NCBI GenBank assembly: GCA_016931995.1
Contig: JAFGDS010000102.1
Coordinates: 1 to 64,000 of the forward strand
Direction of reading: 5' to 3'
Origin: Pirellulales bacterium
Lineage (GTDB): Bacteria > Planctomycetota > Planctomycetia > Pirellulales > Thermoguttaceae
Length of the DNA: 64,000 nt
Shown: in pieces, positions 28,101 to 36,631 of the stretch
Numbering within the stretch: position 1 is the stretch's first letter
Layout: the number at the start of each line of letters is the position of its first letter
Made by a program: the position numbers and the translations under genes
Notes under the pieces: model-generated
Database searches by the model: none
Told to the model about the DNA's origin: nothing
Seen by the model: the letters and a program-made list of their open reading frames with translations, nothing else

Positions 28101-28251
28101 GTTCGTGGCCGGCATCGACAACCTCTTCGACCGCGCGTACCAGGAGCACCTGGACCTGCGGCTCTTGGGACCAACGGGCTATCCTCACGACCCGACCCGC
28201 GTCCTCTCGCCCGGCTTCGCCCCGTACTTTGCCACCGAGTGGACGTTCTAG
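25174..28251 (+). CDS. TonB-dependent-receptor-like outer-membrane beta-barrel with a novel N-terminal Cys-rich HEAT-like extension
   Basis: Signal peptide MRFALCSCRIALAVCVLVAGMPLGAAE. N-terminal about 200-aa Cys-rich domain, then a low-complexity linker. Plug-like segment LRGFKAGQVYTVADGAYW..IQDVMVISGPYGLRYGPGFGFIDVV. C-terminal barrel ending GIDNLFDRAYQEH...YFATEWTF (terminal aromatic residue). Confidence 0.8.
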   Translation: MRFALCSCRIALAVCVLVAGMPLGAAETPSAPTLWNYLGIPQGIQKVRDVTTNRRGNHPNIERPDALRRISDPANLAMDPDKYPEIVTAAKIKKQEDEAEQKIKAIKYLGTIGCAGCYEGVDQALLEALGDCTEAVRHEAAIVLCQSAGCVCDRCGGRGCCTAAVMKKLHELAYETDESCCHKEPSARVRAAARNALQACMRVTPASGPPGMTPIEEGGERIPSAAPTVAPGQGQSTSWSPYEPLSDSDERPGFMLASASVPADDDAAAQSLSEVSHGSDDAPFAPSAMNPRAGGSLFQTTAYQQGLGAQPILPGEFGTGPMDNPLVTSWGTAGTPTSGADDLFRSGQLVSLPGAGRVAAPEATGLGSPDLADVLRSASNVQSVEVQRRSPVSLDPNLRGFKAGQVYTVADGAYWTPARRDLDTMLSKIDPGMIQDVMVISGPYGLRYGPGFGFIDVVRAPTPRYKHGHESHLLSTGSVRTNGGQLYGRETLFGGSQNWGYRISYGHRRGNDYEAGSGLRIPSSYENRDVWGELSYDLNPYQRLDFAYQRLDQTDAEYACQMFDIRSLVTNGFQLRLVDEDPAAPWTRWATEAWYNRTRFGGDTSHKHNASFPTIERIEYALDAEVPGPPHTLSGVTDGSVGSSGLRTAMTFGDVEDRHATLGTDYRYLSQHISEVLKVEPAIGGQTYIPTSQPHSWLSDAGMFAEYFVPATPDGDVSLGARVDFIGSTARASDLRPNTQVTGGLDQNEILPAFYWMNRLALDSCWTFKAGFGHAQRPPTLTERYADGVFLGIAQTGYTRVIGDPDLRDERDWQIDLGLEAKHDRWRGRADVFHSWVDQYITWQDDTVVSFADARLLRFVNTDLATLAGFELSGEYDWSDYTTLFGTMRYVEGRDQTIDAPLPAIPPLDSRVGVRLHDPEGGRRWGLELGTRIVNTQNRLGTVLLLGSQKTTIEERTGGFAVWHLRGYYNHTKNLRFVAGIDNLFDRAYQEHLDLRLLGPTGYPHDPTRVLSPGFAPYFATEWTF

Positions 28252-28332
28252 CGGAGCGTTTCCTCGTTGACGGACCGCGCGGGGGGGCCGGTTGCGATCG
28301 CGGCGCCCCCCCAGTGTCACAAGACGCTGCTT

Positions 28333-28384
28333 CGGGGACTGTCCCGATTTTTGTGGCAGGAGGCCACGATAATGGGACTGTCCC
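28333..28384. promoter_or_regulatory. Second pair of GGGAC-T-GTCCC palindromic cores (GGGGACTGTCCCGATTTTTGTGG .. GGGACTGTCCCC), about 100 bp upstream of trmB
   Basis: Seen directly. First core plus following ATTTT shares about 20 of 23 positions with the 16764 site. Spacer contains the small inverted repeat TGTGGC..GCCACG. Confidence 0.45.
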
Positions 28385-28434
28385 CTTCTGGGTGACCTGT
28401 TTTCCGGGTTCCGCGCCTGGTAGGCTGGAAGGGA

Positions 28435-29133
28435 TTGGCGAGGCGACCTTGCCCCGCCTTCCTTGGTCATCGGCCGACGCCATTTCGCATGGGACGACGC
28501 GCGCTACGAAAACCGAACCCGGCGCTGGACCTGTCGCGTCATCTCGCGACGCTCGATATCCTGCCCCGCCCGTGGAAGCCCGCGGCCATCTTCGGACGCC
28601 GGGCGCCGCTGGAGATCGAGGTCGGCTCGGGCAAGGGGCTCTTCCTCCGATCGGCCGCCGCGGCTCAGCCCGAAGTCGACTTCCTCGGCATCGAGATCGG
28701 GGCCAAGTACGCCCAGTTCGCCGCCGCCGCCCTGGCCAAGCGAAACCTGCCGAACGCGCGGGTGATCCACGGCGACGCGATTCGCCTGTTCGCCGAGCTT
28801 CTGCCCGACGCCAGCCTGGCCGCCGTGCACGTGTACTTTCCCGATCCGTGGTGGAAGCGCCGGCATAAGAAGCGTCGCGTCCTGCGCGACGCGTTCCTCC
28901 GCCACGTCGAGCGGACCCTCGCCCCCGGCGGCCTATTGCACGTGTGGACGGACGTTCTCGAATACTTCGAGACGACCGTCGCCCTGATCGCCGCGACGAC
29001 GGGCCTCGTTGGCCCGATCGACGTCCCCGAAAAGCCCGCCGAACACGACCTCGATTACCGCACCCACTTCGAGCGTCGCACGCGGCATCACGAACAGCCG
29101 GTGTATCGCGGGCAGTGGGAGAAGGGGGCATAG
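28435..29133 (+). CDS. trmB: tRNA (guanine46-N7)-methyltransferase
   Basis: EIEVGSGKGLFL..FLGIEI.., VYFPDPWWKRRHKKRRV. Alternative start at MGRRAL (28489). Confidence 0.9.
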   Translation: MARRPCPAFLGHRPTPFRMGRRALRKPNPALDLSRHLATLDILPRPWKPAAIFGRRAPLEIEVGSGKGLFLRSAAAAQPEVDFLGIEIGAKYAQFAAAALAKRNLPNARVIHGDAIRLFAELLPDASLAAVHVYFPDPWWKRRHKKRRVLRDAFLRHVERTLAPGGLLHVWTDVLEYFETTVALIAATTGLVGPIDVPEKPAEHDLDYRTHFERRTRHHEQPVYRGQWEKGA

Positions 29134-29235
29134 AACTTGCGGCGGGTCAGGTTGACCTTCGGTCGCTTTGAAGTTCGAGGAAGGCACGAGTACCGGGAAT
29201 CTCAGTAGCTCCAAATATCGGAAGCAATCGATGCC

Positions 29236-29299
29236 GTCAGTCCGAGCGAAGCGAAGAACCTCCCTCGCCACGTAGATCCTTCGCTGCGCTCAGGATGAC
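29236..29299. repeat. Repeat family A copy (degenerate left arm GTCAGTCCGAGCGAAGCGAAGAACCTC + right arm GATCCTTCGCTGCGCTCAGGATGAC)
   Basis: Direct comparison with the other copies. Confidence 0.6.
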
Positions 29300-29346
29300 T
29301 TGGGCGGGAAAATGATGCGCTACTGAATCTCGTTTCTCTCGTCCTT

Positions 29347-29925
29347 TTGTTGACAAGGACATCGCCAGCCATGACTACCCCGCGGCGGCCGAGCAATCTA
29401 GGATTCCTTTTGATGTCGTTGGCGTTCCGGGTGCGCGACTGGTTGCACCCGCCGGTCAAGATACTTCATGAGGCGGGCGTGCGCGCCGGGATGACGGTTC
29501 TGGACTTCGGTTGCGGGCCCGGCAGCTTCTCGCTGGCGGCCGCGGCTCTGGTTGGCGCCGAGGGACGCGTGTATGCCCTGGATGTTTCTCCGCTGGCGAT
29601 CCGGTCCGTCCGGCGATCCGCGGCCCGACGGGGGCTCAACAACATTCGGGCGATTTCGGGCGGCGAGCTGGCCGGGATTGCCGCGGGGAGCGTCGACGTG
29701 GTCTTGCTGTACGACGTGTTGCACCTTCTTCCCGAGCCGGCGTCGACGTTGGCCGACGTCCACCGCGTTCTTAAGCCGGAGGGCGCGCTTTCCGTGAGCG
29801 ATCACCATTGGCCGGACAAAAGGCTCGTCGCGGCAATCACCGCCGCGGGGGGATTCCAACTTGCCGGCCGCGGCGCCCACGCGCACCAATTTCGTACTAT
29901 AATGACGGGCAATGCGGTTCCCTAG
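29347..29925 (+). CDS. Class I SAM-dependent methyltransferase
   Basis: Motif I VLDFGCGPGSFS, acidic motif II ALDVS, motif post-II VVLLYDVLHLL. Confidence 0.75.
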   Translation: MLTRTSPAMTTPRRPSNLGFLLMSLAFRVRDWLHPPVKILHEAGVRAGMTVLDFGCGPGSFSLAAAALVGAEGRVYALDVSPLAIRSVRRSAARRGLNNIRAISGGELAGIAAGSVDVVLLYDVLHLLPEPASTLADVHRVLKPEGALSVSDHHWPDKRLVAAITAAGGFQLAGRGAHAHQFRTIMTGNAVP

Positions 29926-30008
29926 CGTTCGGCCCGTTGCCGCGCGGGATGGCGCCGTTTCCTTTGACCATTTTTTGAAAGGGACTGAACGATGAAAGGT
30001 CGAGACCC

Positions 30009-31139
30009 ATGGCTCGTCATGATCTTGTGACCGCGCCGCCGAAGCGGACCTGGTCCGCGGTCCGGAGTGGCTCCGGGCTCCGTCAAGAGAAGAGGCTCCG
30101 TCGCGCGGCGTTTCGGACGCGTTGCTCCGGGGGCTTCACCCTGGTCGAGCTTCTCGTGGTTATCGCGATCATCGGCGTGTTGATCGCCCTGTTGATGCCG
30201 GCCGTGCAGGCCAGCCGGGAGGCGGCCCGGCGCATGGCATGCGCCAACACCGTGAGACAACTCTCGCTGGCCGCCCACCAATACCACGACGCCGTGGGCT
30301 GTTTTCCGCCCTCCTATCTTTCCGGGTGGAACTTCACGACGCCCACGGCGAGGAAGCGCGGCATCAGTCTCTTCGTCCACTTGCTGCCCTATATCGAGAA
30401 CGTCGCGCTTTTCGATATATGGGACTTCAGCGACCCGGATCTCGCCTTTGTCGGCGACACGGCGTCGGTCGCCGCGAAGGGGCCGAATCTGCTTTGTCCT
30501 TCGGAAGCGGAAAGCGACAACCCGTTGGACTATGGATCGAAACACATCCAGGGCGTTCCCATGCCCCCGCGCCACATCAGCGTGACCAATTACTGCGGAA
30601 ACGCGGGAACGCGGTCGTATCATCCCGATTCGGGCTTCCTCATGGCGGACGGCGTTTTCGTCACGGCCGGACCGAATTCCGAGCCCGAGCGCAACCAGAA
30701 GCCGGTGCGCATTGCCGAAATCGCGGACGGCGCCAGCCACACGCTCTTTTTCGGCGAGCGCTGCCGGTGGGACCCGAACTACGACACGTTTGCCGCGGCG
30801 GGCTACGACTGGGAGTTTCGCTATTACGGAAACTGGTGCGGCGCGAGCCGCCTCGTGCTGGCCCACGTGACGCTCAGCAGCCACGCGCCCATCAATTATC
30901 GCCTGCCTTTCAGCTATGAAGAGCGCGGCGCCGCCAGCCCGCCGGCCGGCAGCGCCGAGGACTTCAAGTATTACATCGACCTTCGGGTCTGCGCGTTCGG
31001 AAGCTGCCATCCCAGCGGGGCCAACATCTCGACGGCCGACGGCGCGGTGCGGTTCTTCTCGGAGGACATTTCGCTGATCACTTTGCGGGCCCTGAGCACG
31101 CGGGACGGCGGCGAAATGACCGAGGAGGCCAAGCGATGA
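30009..31139 (+). CDS. DUF1559 protein (prepilin-type N-terminal cleavage/methylation domain + H-X9-DG-like C-terminus), Planctomycetota-typical
   Basis: GFTLVELLVVIAIIGVLIALLMPAVQASREAARRMACANTVRQLSLAAHQYHD. C-terminal GSCHPSGANISTADGAVRFFSEDIS. Confidence 0.9.
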   Translation: MARHDLVTAPPKRTWSAVRSGSGLRQEKRLRRAAFRTRCSGGFTLVELLVVIAIIGVLIALLMPAVQASREAARRMACANTVRQLSLAAHQYHDAVGCFPPSYLSGWNFTTPTARKRGISLFVHLLPYIENVALFDIWDFSDPDLAFVGDTASVAAKGPNLLCPSEAESDNPLDYGSKHIQGVPMPPRHISVTNYCGNAGTRSYHPDSGFLMADGVFVTAGPNSEPERNQKPVRIAEIADGASHTLFFGERCRWDPNYDTFAAAGYDWEFRYYGNWCGASRLVLAHVTLSSHAPINYRLPFSYEERGAASPPAGSAEDFKYYIDLRVCAFGSCHPSGANISTADGAVRFFSEDISLITLRALSTRDGGEMTEEAKR

Positions 31140-31654
31140 GCGCGCAACGTCGATTCACGTTTGTGGTTCCGCGCGCGCACGACCAGGCTTGGGCCGGTTG
31201 GATTCCAACGATGGTTTGCATCGCGATCGTCCTGGTCGCGATTTCGGGCTGCGGGCGGCGCGCGCCCCGGGCCACCGTGGAAGGAACCCTCCGATTTCGC
31301 GGGAAACCGCTGGACAACTGCCTGGTCACCTTCCTGCCCGCGTCGGCATCGGAGACGAAAGCGCCCCATTCCCGCGGGCTTACCGATCGCGAGGGGAAGT
31401 TCCGGCTGTGTTGCGATAACCAGGAGGACGGGGCCGCCGTGGGCAGCCACCGCGTGACCATTCAGGACCTGTCCGTTTCCACGGGCGTTCGCCGCCGCGA
31501 CCACGGCGCCGCGGACGCGGACGTGGATGAAAACGCCCCGGCCCTGCCCGTCCACCGCTCGCGCGTGCCCGGGAAGTACACTTCCCCCGCCACCACGCCG
31601 GTGTCCAAGGAGGTCAAGCCGGGGCATCAGGTCATCGACCTGGATATCGAATAG
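31136..31654 (+). CDS. Lipoprotein partner of the DUF1559 gene (carboxypeptidase-regulatory-like beta-sandwich candidate)
   Basis: ATGA overlap with the upstream stop. Lipobox VLVAISGCG. GTLRFRGKPLDNCLVTF..TDREGKFRL pattern. Confidence 0.6.
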   Translation: MSAQRRFTFVVPRAHDQAWAGWIPTMVCIAIVLVAISGCGRRAPRATVEGTLRFRGKPLDNCLVTFLPASASETKAPHSRGLTDREGKFRLCCDNQEDGAAVGSHRVTIQDLSVSTGVRRRDHGAADADVDENAPALPVHRSRVPGKYTSPATTPVSKEVKPGHQVIDLDIE

Positions 31655-31744
31655 GAGGGTGCGATTGCGCGCGGCGACGCGCAGGCGGGCGAGGGGAGAA
31701 GGGGATTCCCCGAATTTGAGATCTCAAATCCGAGATTGCAGATC

Positions 31745-31800
31745 CCGAATCCCGAACCCCCAGCCCCCAATCCCCAGTCCCCAGCCCCTAGCCCCCAGCG
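31745..31800. repeat. Imperfect tandem CCCCAG-type repeat (G-tracts on the minus strand, G-quadruplex-capable) in the convergent gap between the lipoprotein gene and the hybrid kinase
   Basis: Plus strand CCCCCAGCCCCCAATCCCCAGTCCCCAGCCCCTAGCCCCCAGC. The minus strand gives at least six G4-5 tracts spanning the kinase stop codon and 3' UTR. Confidence 0.5.
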
Positions 31801-33356
31801 GATGCGGCGGCGTACAGGCTGCCGGCGGATTCCAGGTGCTGCTGGAAAGCAGCGATCAGCTCGTCGCGTTGGGTTTCGGGCTGCCAAGTGCCTTCGAGAG
31901 AAAGGGCCAGCTCGGGTAGCGGGGTGCGGGGACGGTTGCGGTTGATCTCCGCGCGGCCTTGCTGGATCCGCTCGAGAACGGACTCGCTTTGCGGCGCGTC
32001 CTCGTCGAGCACGAGCAACCACTGCCGCGGGCCCGTCCACAGGGCCAGGTCCGAACTCCGCAATACGTCGTGCAGAAGCTCGTCCACTTCGGCCATCATG
32101 CCGTTGACGCATTGCTCCGCCGACACGGCGACCAGCAGCGACACGTGCCGCAGCCGGTTTCGCGCCAGCTCCGGGTGAGCGAGGTACCGCTCGATGAGCC
32201 GCTCGGGATCGGCCGTGGGCAGCGTGAACGCGAACGTGGCCCCGTGGCCAAGCTGGCTCTCGACGGTCATCTGGCCCATGCCCAGCGCGACGAGTTCCTT
32301 GGCGATATTGAGCCCCAGGCCCACGCCCTTGGCGCTGGCCCGCGCGTCGCGGCCCACTTGCTTGAACCGCTCGAAGACGACGTCGAGCTTGTCGGGGTCG
32401 ATGCCCGGGCCGTCGTCGGTCACGCCGACGACCACCTCCGCGTTGGCGGGATCGGAGTGCGCCCAGACCTCGACGTGGCCGTTCTCGCCGGCGAACTTGA
32501 TCGCGTTGACGACGAGGTTCGTCAGCACGCGGACCGTTTTCGCTTTGTCGGCCCAAACCGTGGGCAGATCGGGATCCGGGTTGAAAGACAGGGCAATGCG
32601 GCGGGACTGGGCCTTGCGCTCCATCATCGGGCGGACGTGCTCGACGATCTCCTGGACCGTGCAGGCCGTCCGCCGGACCGTGAGAAGGCCCGCCTCGAGC
32701 TTGCTCGTGTCGAGCATGTCGGAGACCATCACCGCCAGGTCGTCCACGCAGTTGCCGATGATGCCGAGGTATTCCCGCTGATCGTCGCTCACCGGCCCGG
32801 CCAGGCCGTCGTCGATGATGGACGTGAACTCCTTGATCACGCTCAAGGGCGTGCGGAATTCGTGCGACACGTCGTCGACGAACTCGAACGCGTTCCGATT
32901 CAACTCGGCCAACCGCTGGCTCTTCTCATCCAGCTTCCGATTGGCCTCGCGCAGCTCGTCGTTCGCCCGGCGGATGGCCTCTTGCGCCCGCGCGCCGCGC
33001 AGGGCGGTCTCCAGCCGCGCCAGGAGCACGCGGATGTTGAACGGTTTGGACACGTAGTCGTCGGCGCCGGCGTCCAGGCCGGCGACGACGTCCTCGTCGC
33101 GGTTCTTGGCGGTGACGAGGATCACCGGCACGCGGGCCAGGGTCGGATCGGCCTTGAGCCGCCGGCAGACTTCGATGCCGTCGATCTCGGGCATCATGAT
33201 GTCCAGCAAGACGGCGTCCGGCGCGTCGCTCGCGGCCAAGGCCAGCGCCTCGGCGCCGCTCGCGGCGCTGGCCACCTCGTAACCACGATCCTCCAACTCG
33301 AAAGTCAGGAGCGTGACGTTATCTTGAACGTCGTCAACGACAAGGATCTTGGGCAT
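31788..33356 (-). CDS. Hybrid response-regulator/histidine-kinase (REC-HisKA-HATPase_c) with an uncharacterised about 150-aa C-terminal extension
   Basis: Start MPKILVVDD with GGGAG RBS. Receiver motifs (DAVLLDIMMPEIDG). HisKA SHEFRTPLSVI. HATPase_c GLGLNIAKELV. Tail after the ATPase is unassigned. Confidence 0.9.
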   Translation of the reverse strand: MPKILVVDDVQDNVTLLTFELEDRGYEVASAASGAEALALAASDAPDAVLLDIMMPEIDGIEVCRRLKADPTLARVPVILVTAKNRDEDVVAGLDAGADDYVSKPFNIRVLLARLETALRGARAQEAIRRANDELREANRKLDEKSQRLAELNRNAFEFVDDVSHEFRTPLSVIKEFTSIIDDGLAGPVSDDQREYLGIIGNCVDDLAVMVSDMLDTSKLEAGLLTVRRTACTVQEIVEHVRPMMERKAQSRRIALSFNPDPDLPTVWADKAKTVRVLTNLVVNAIKFAGENGHVEVWAHSDPANAEVVVGVTDDGPGIDPDKLDVVFERFKQVGRDARASAKGVGLGLNIAKELVALGMGQMTVESQLGHGATFAFTLPTADPERLIERYLAHPELARNRLRHVSLLVAVSAEQCVNGMMAEVDELLHDVLRSSDLALWTGPRQWLLVLDEDAPQSESVLERIQQGRAEINRNRPRTPLPELALSLEGTWQPETQRDELIAAFQQHLESAGSLYAAASAGG

Positions 33357-35391
33357 GACAAACTCCCACGTTGGGTTGCGCGAAAAGGGCGCCCTCCCTG
33401 GGCGGACTCTCCGATCCATCGGGTAAGATCGCGGCCGCGCGAGGCAAGACCAGCGTGAAGCGGCTTCCCTTGCCCGGCTCGCTTTCGACTTCGATCCAGC
33501 CGCCGTGCAGTTGGGCATATTCCTGGGCGATGCACAGCCCCAAGCCCGACCCGCCGGCCGGATTCGGCGTGAGTTGCGTGAATTTGGTGAACAGCCGCCG
33601 CTGGTCCTCCGGCGGGATCCCGATGCCGGGGTCGCGGACCGCGGCGCGGGCGACGGGTCGGCCCGCCGCGTCCTCGGCCGCGTCCACGGAGAGGGTGATC
33701 TCCCCTTCCTCGGTGAACTTGACGGCGTTCGCGACGAGATTCATCAGGATCTGGACGATCTTGGTTCGGTCGGCTTCCAACGGGACGGGCTCGTCGGGCA
33801 GCATCGTCCGCAAACGGACCGGCTTCGTTTGCACAAGCGAGGCCGTCCGGTCGGCCACGTCGCGGGCCGCCTCGCGCAGGTCAAACGGCGTCCGGTTCAG
33901 CTCCATGCGGCCGGCCTCGATCTTCGACAGATCCAGGACGTCGTTGATCAGCTCCAGAAGCTGCTTGGCGTTGCGGTCGACAATCTCGATGGCCGTTGCG
34001 TCGCGGGCGTCCATCGGATCGCCCGCCCGCTTGGCGCGAAGCCGATTTGTGAACCCGAGGATCGAGTTCATCGGCGTGCGCAGCTCGTGGGACATGCTGG
34101 CCAGGAAATCGCTCTTGGCGGCGTTGGCCTGCTCGGCCGCGTTCTTGGCCAGCTCCAAAGCCAGCGATTTGGTCTGCAAATCCACCGTCAGGCGGGATCG
34201 CTCCTCTTCGATGCCGAACGCCTTCATGCGGATCGCCAATTGCTCCAGGCTGAATTTCAAAAAATACTGCTGCTGCTCGGACAGCGACTTGACGTGGGCC
34301 GTCAGCAGAACGCCGACGCACCGGTCCTGGAACAGCAGGGGCCAGCCGATGATGCTGTGCAGCGGAACGTCGCCCAGCCCGACGCGCATCCGCAGCGCGT
34401 CGTCGTCGAACGGCCCGGCAAGAACGATGGTTTTGCCGGAGCGGGCCACCTGGGCCGGCAGTCCGGCGGGCGAGAAGCGATCCGCCTGGAGGATCTGGCC
34501 GTCCAGAGCGGCCGCGTGACGGCATTCGAGCTCGTCGCGCCCCACCGCCGCATAGAGCACGGCCGCGGGGGCCTCGATCGCGGCCGTTAACACGCGCAGG
34601 GCGGATTCGTACACGTTCTGGGCCAACGGCTGGTTGAGCGCGGTGGAGAACTCGGCCACCGCCGCCAGGCGGCGTTGGCTGTTCTCCAGTTCGAGGTTTT
34701 TCGCCCCCAGGCTCGCGACGAGGACCTCGCGCTCCGAATACGCCTGCTCCAGGGCGAGGTTGTTCGCCTCGACGGCCGAGGCGTATTGCGTCAACTGCCG
34801 TTCGGACTTCTTCCGGTCGGTGATGTCGATCAATCCCTCGACCACGCCGATGACTCGGCCCTCGGGGTCGAAGAACGGCCTGGACTTGATCAACAGCGAG
34901 ATCGTCTGGCCGTCGCCCATGTCGCGAACGATCTCGCCCTCCGCCGGGACGCCCGTTATCGCGCTTTGCACCGAGCACTTCGAGGTTCCACGCAGGCCGC
35001 AATGGGTCGTGGCGTGGCACTTCTTTCCGAGGACCTCTTCCCGGGAAACGCCGAAGAGCTCGCAAAACGCCTGGTTCACCTGCAGGACGTTATGGTTCGT
35101 GTCGATCACCCGCATCGGAAACGACGCGTCGAAGACCTGCTCGAATTCGATCCGCGCCCGGCGCAGGGCCTCGTCGTGGCTTCCCAGGCGCCGACATTCG
35201 CGCGCGAACCGGACCGCGGCGCACAGGAAACCCAATTCGTAGACGGCCAGAAGCGCCAGATGCCAGGGCGTCGCCGCGGCCCAAGGGCCGCCGCGCGCGA
35301 ACGCGACGGCCGGCAAGAGCATGCCCGCGGCCAATAGCGTGCCCAGCAGCCACGGTGTCCGACGGCGTTCTGCGCCGGAAGGCGGCTTCAT
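33334..35391 (-). CDS. Membrane-anchored PAS/GAF sensor histidine kinase
   Basis: Two N-terminal TM segments. PAS-like (VIDTNHNVLQVNQAFCELFGVSREEV). GAF-like region. HisKA SHELRTPMNSILGF. HATPase_c GSGLGLCIAQEY. Start taken at MKPPSG; the C-terminus overlaps the next gene by about 23 nt. Confidence 0.85.
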   Translation of the reverse strand: MKPPSGAERRRTPWLLGTLLAAGMLLPAVAFARGGPWAAATPWHLALLAVYELGFLCAAVRFARECRRLGSHDEALRRARIEFEQVFDASFPMRVIDTNHNVLQVNQAFCELFGVSREEVLGKKCHATTHCGLRGTSKCSVQSAITGVPAEGEIVRDMGDGQTISLLIKSRPFFDPEGRVIGVVEGLIDITDRKKSERQLTQYASAVEANNLALEQAYSEREVLVASLGAKNLELENSQRRLAAVAEFSTALNQPLAQNVYESALRVLTAAIEAPAAVLYAAVGRDELECRHAAALDGQILQADRFSPAGLPAQVARSGKTIVLAGPFDDDALRMRVGLGDVPLHSIIGWPLLFQDRCVGVLLTAHVKSLSEQQQYFLKFSLEQLAIRMKAFGIEEERSRLTVDLQTKSLALELAKNAAEQANAAKSDFLASMSHELRTPMNSILGFTNRLRAKRAGDPMDARDATAIEIVDRNAKQLLELINDVLDLSKIEAGRMELNRTPFDLREAARDVADRTASLVQTKPVRLRTMLPDEPVPLEADRTKIVQILMNLVANAVKFTEEGEITLSVDAAEDAAGRPVARAAVRDPGIGIPPEDQRRLFTKFTQLTPNPAGGSGLGLCIAQEYAQLHGGWIEVESEPGKGSRFTLVLPRAAAILPDGSESPPREGALFAQPNVGVCHAQDPCR

Positions 35392-35778
35392 TACGCGCGT
35401 CTCCGAACTGGGAGCGTCTGGAACCGGCCCGTCGCACGGCGGGACAGGCAATCAGGACAAAGAAGTCCTGGGAAAGCGTACCTTATGGCGCTGGCAAATG
35501 GCCCGACCCGACAAGGCGCGATCCCCTCTGGAGAGATCAAAACCCGACAATCTCTCCCCCTCTGGAAGAGGGTCATGGCAAGGACGATCCGGCACGCACA
35601 CGCACCACTGGCTTCGCCGCGTGTGCCACTGGCTTCGCCAGTGCGGCGTGTGCCCGTGGTTTCGCCAGTGCGCCGGTGCGCGAATCGGGGCGTCTGGCGG
35701 CACGCGCAAAGCCCGCGGCACTCGACGGCCGCCGCCCCAGGGTAGCCTCTTTTGCCGGATCCAGCCGGGGACGGGGGG

Positions 35779-36231
35779 CTACGGACGGACAGGCGATTCC
35801 GCGGGCAGGTCGATGTATTGAGCCACGACCTCGCGGAGTCTCTCGAACGCGACCGGCTTGGTCAGGTAGGCTTCGACGCCGTACTCCTCCATCATCCGAC
35901 GTTGATACCCGTCCAGCCGGCCCGTGAGCACAATGATCGGGATGTGTCGCGTATTGAGATTGTTGCGCAGACAGGCGACCACGTCGACGCCCTGGCCCTG
36001 GGGCATGATCAGGTCCGTAATAATCACCTTCGGCTTGTGCAACAGGGCCTCGGAAATGCCCTGCATCCCGTGAACCGCCTCGATCACCTCGACTCCCAAG
36101 GGTCGAAACCGGCGGCGAATCGCCCGCGTCACGTCCGGATCGTCGTCGATGGCCAGGATCGTGCCAGGCGCGGTTTGACCGGCCGTGTCGACGTGTTGGG
36201 TTTGGGCGTCGAGATCCGATGAAGCATTCAT
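35779..36231 (-). CDS. Single-domain CheY-like response regulator (receiver only)
   Basis: ILAIDDDPDVTRAIRRRFRPLGVEVIEAVHGMQG..VIITDLIMPQGQG..IPIIVLTG..TKP. Start at MNASSD. Confidence 0.8.
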   Translation of the reverse strand: MNASSDLDAQTQHVDTAGQTAPGTILAIDDDPDVTRAIRRRFRPLGVEVIEAVHGMQGISEALLHKPKVIITDLIMPQGQGVDVVACLRNNLNTRHIPIIVLTGRLDGYQRRMMEEYGVEAYLTKPVAFERLREVVAQYIDLPAESPVRP

Positions 36232-36631
36232 GTTACCCCTCCGCGGCTGCTTGCCACAAGCGCGCAACGACGAGTGAGCCGATCGCCGCGGAGGGGATGC
36301 GCGGGCGCTTCAACTCGCCGGACCCTGGCGCTGGTCGGCATGGCCGCCGCCTATTGATTTCTTGCGCGATCCGGGATTGAAAAGCCACTTGGAGCGAGCC
36401 GGCCGTCGCAATGGCGAAGGGAGAGCAGGCTCGCCTAACAAATATACGTCACTCCCACGCGCGCGGGCCCTTGCCGGTCGCCCCATCCAGACCTTCCGCG
36501 CATCCGTTACCATCCGTCCAGCAGCTCCAACCCGACGCGGAAACGGAAGCTACGTTTTCTTGGTGAATGCCTTGAATACTCATGTCTCCGCGCGCGACCC
36601 TCGGCGCCATCGGGATTCCCCAGGGGTTCTT

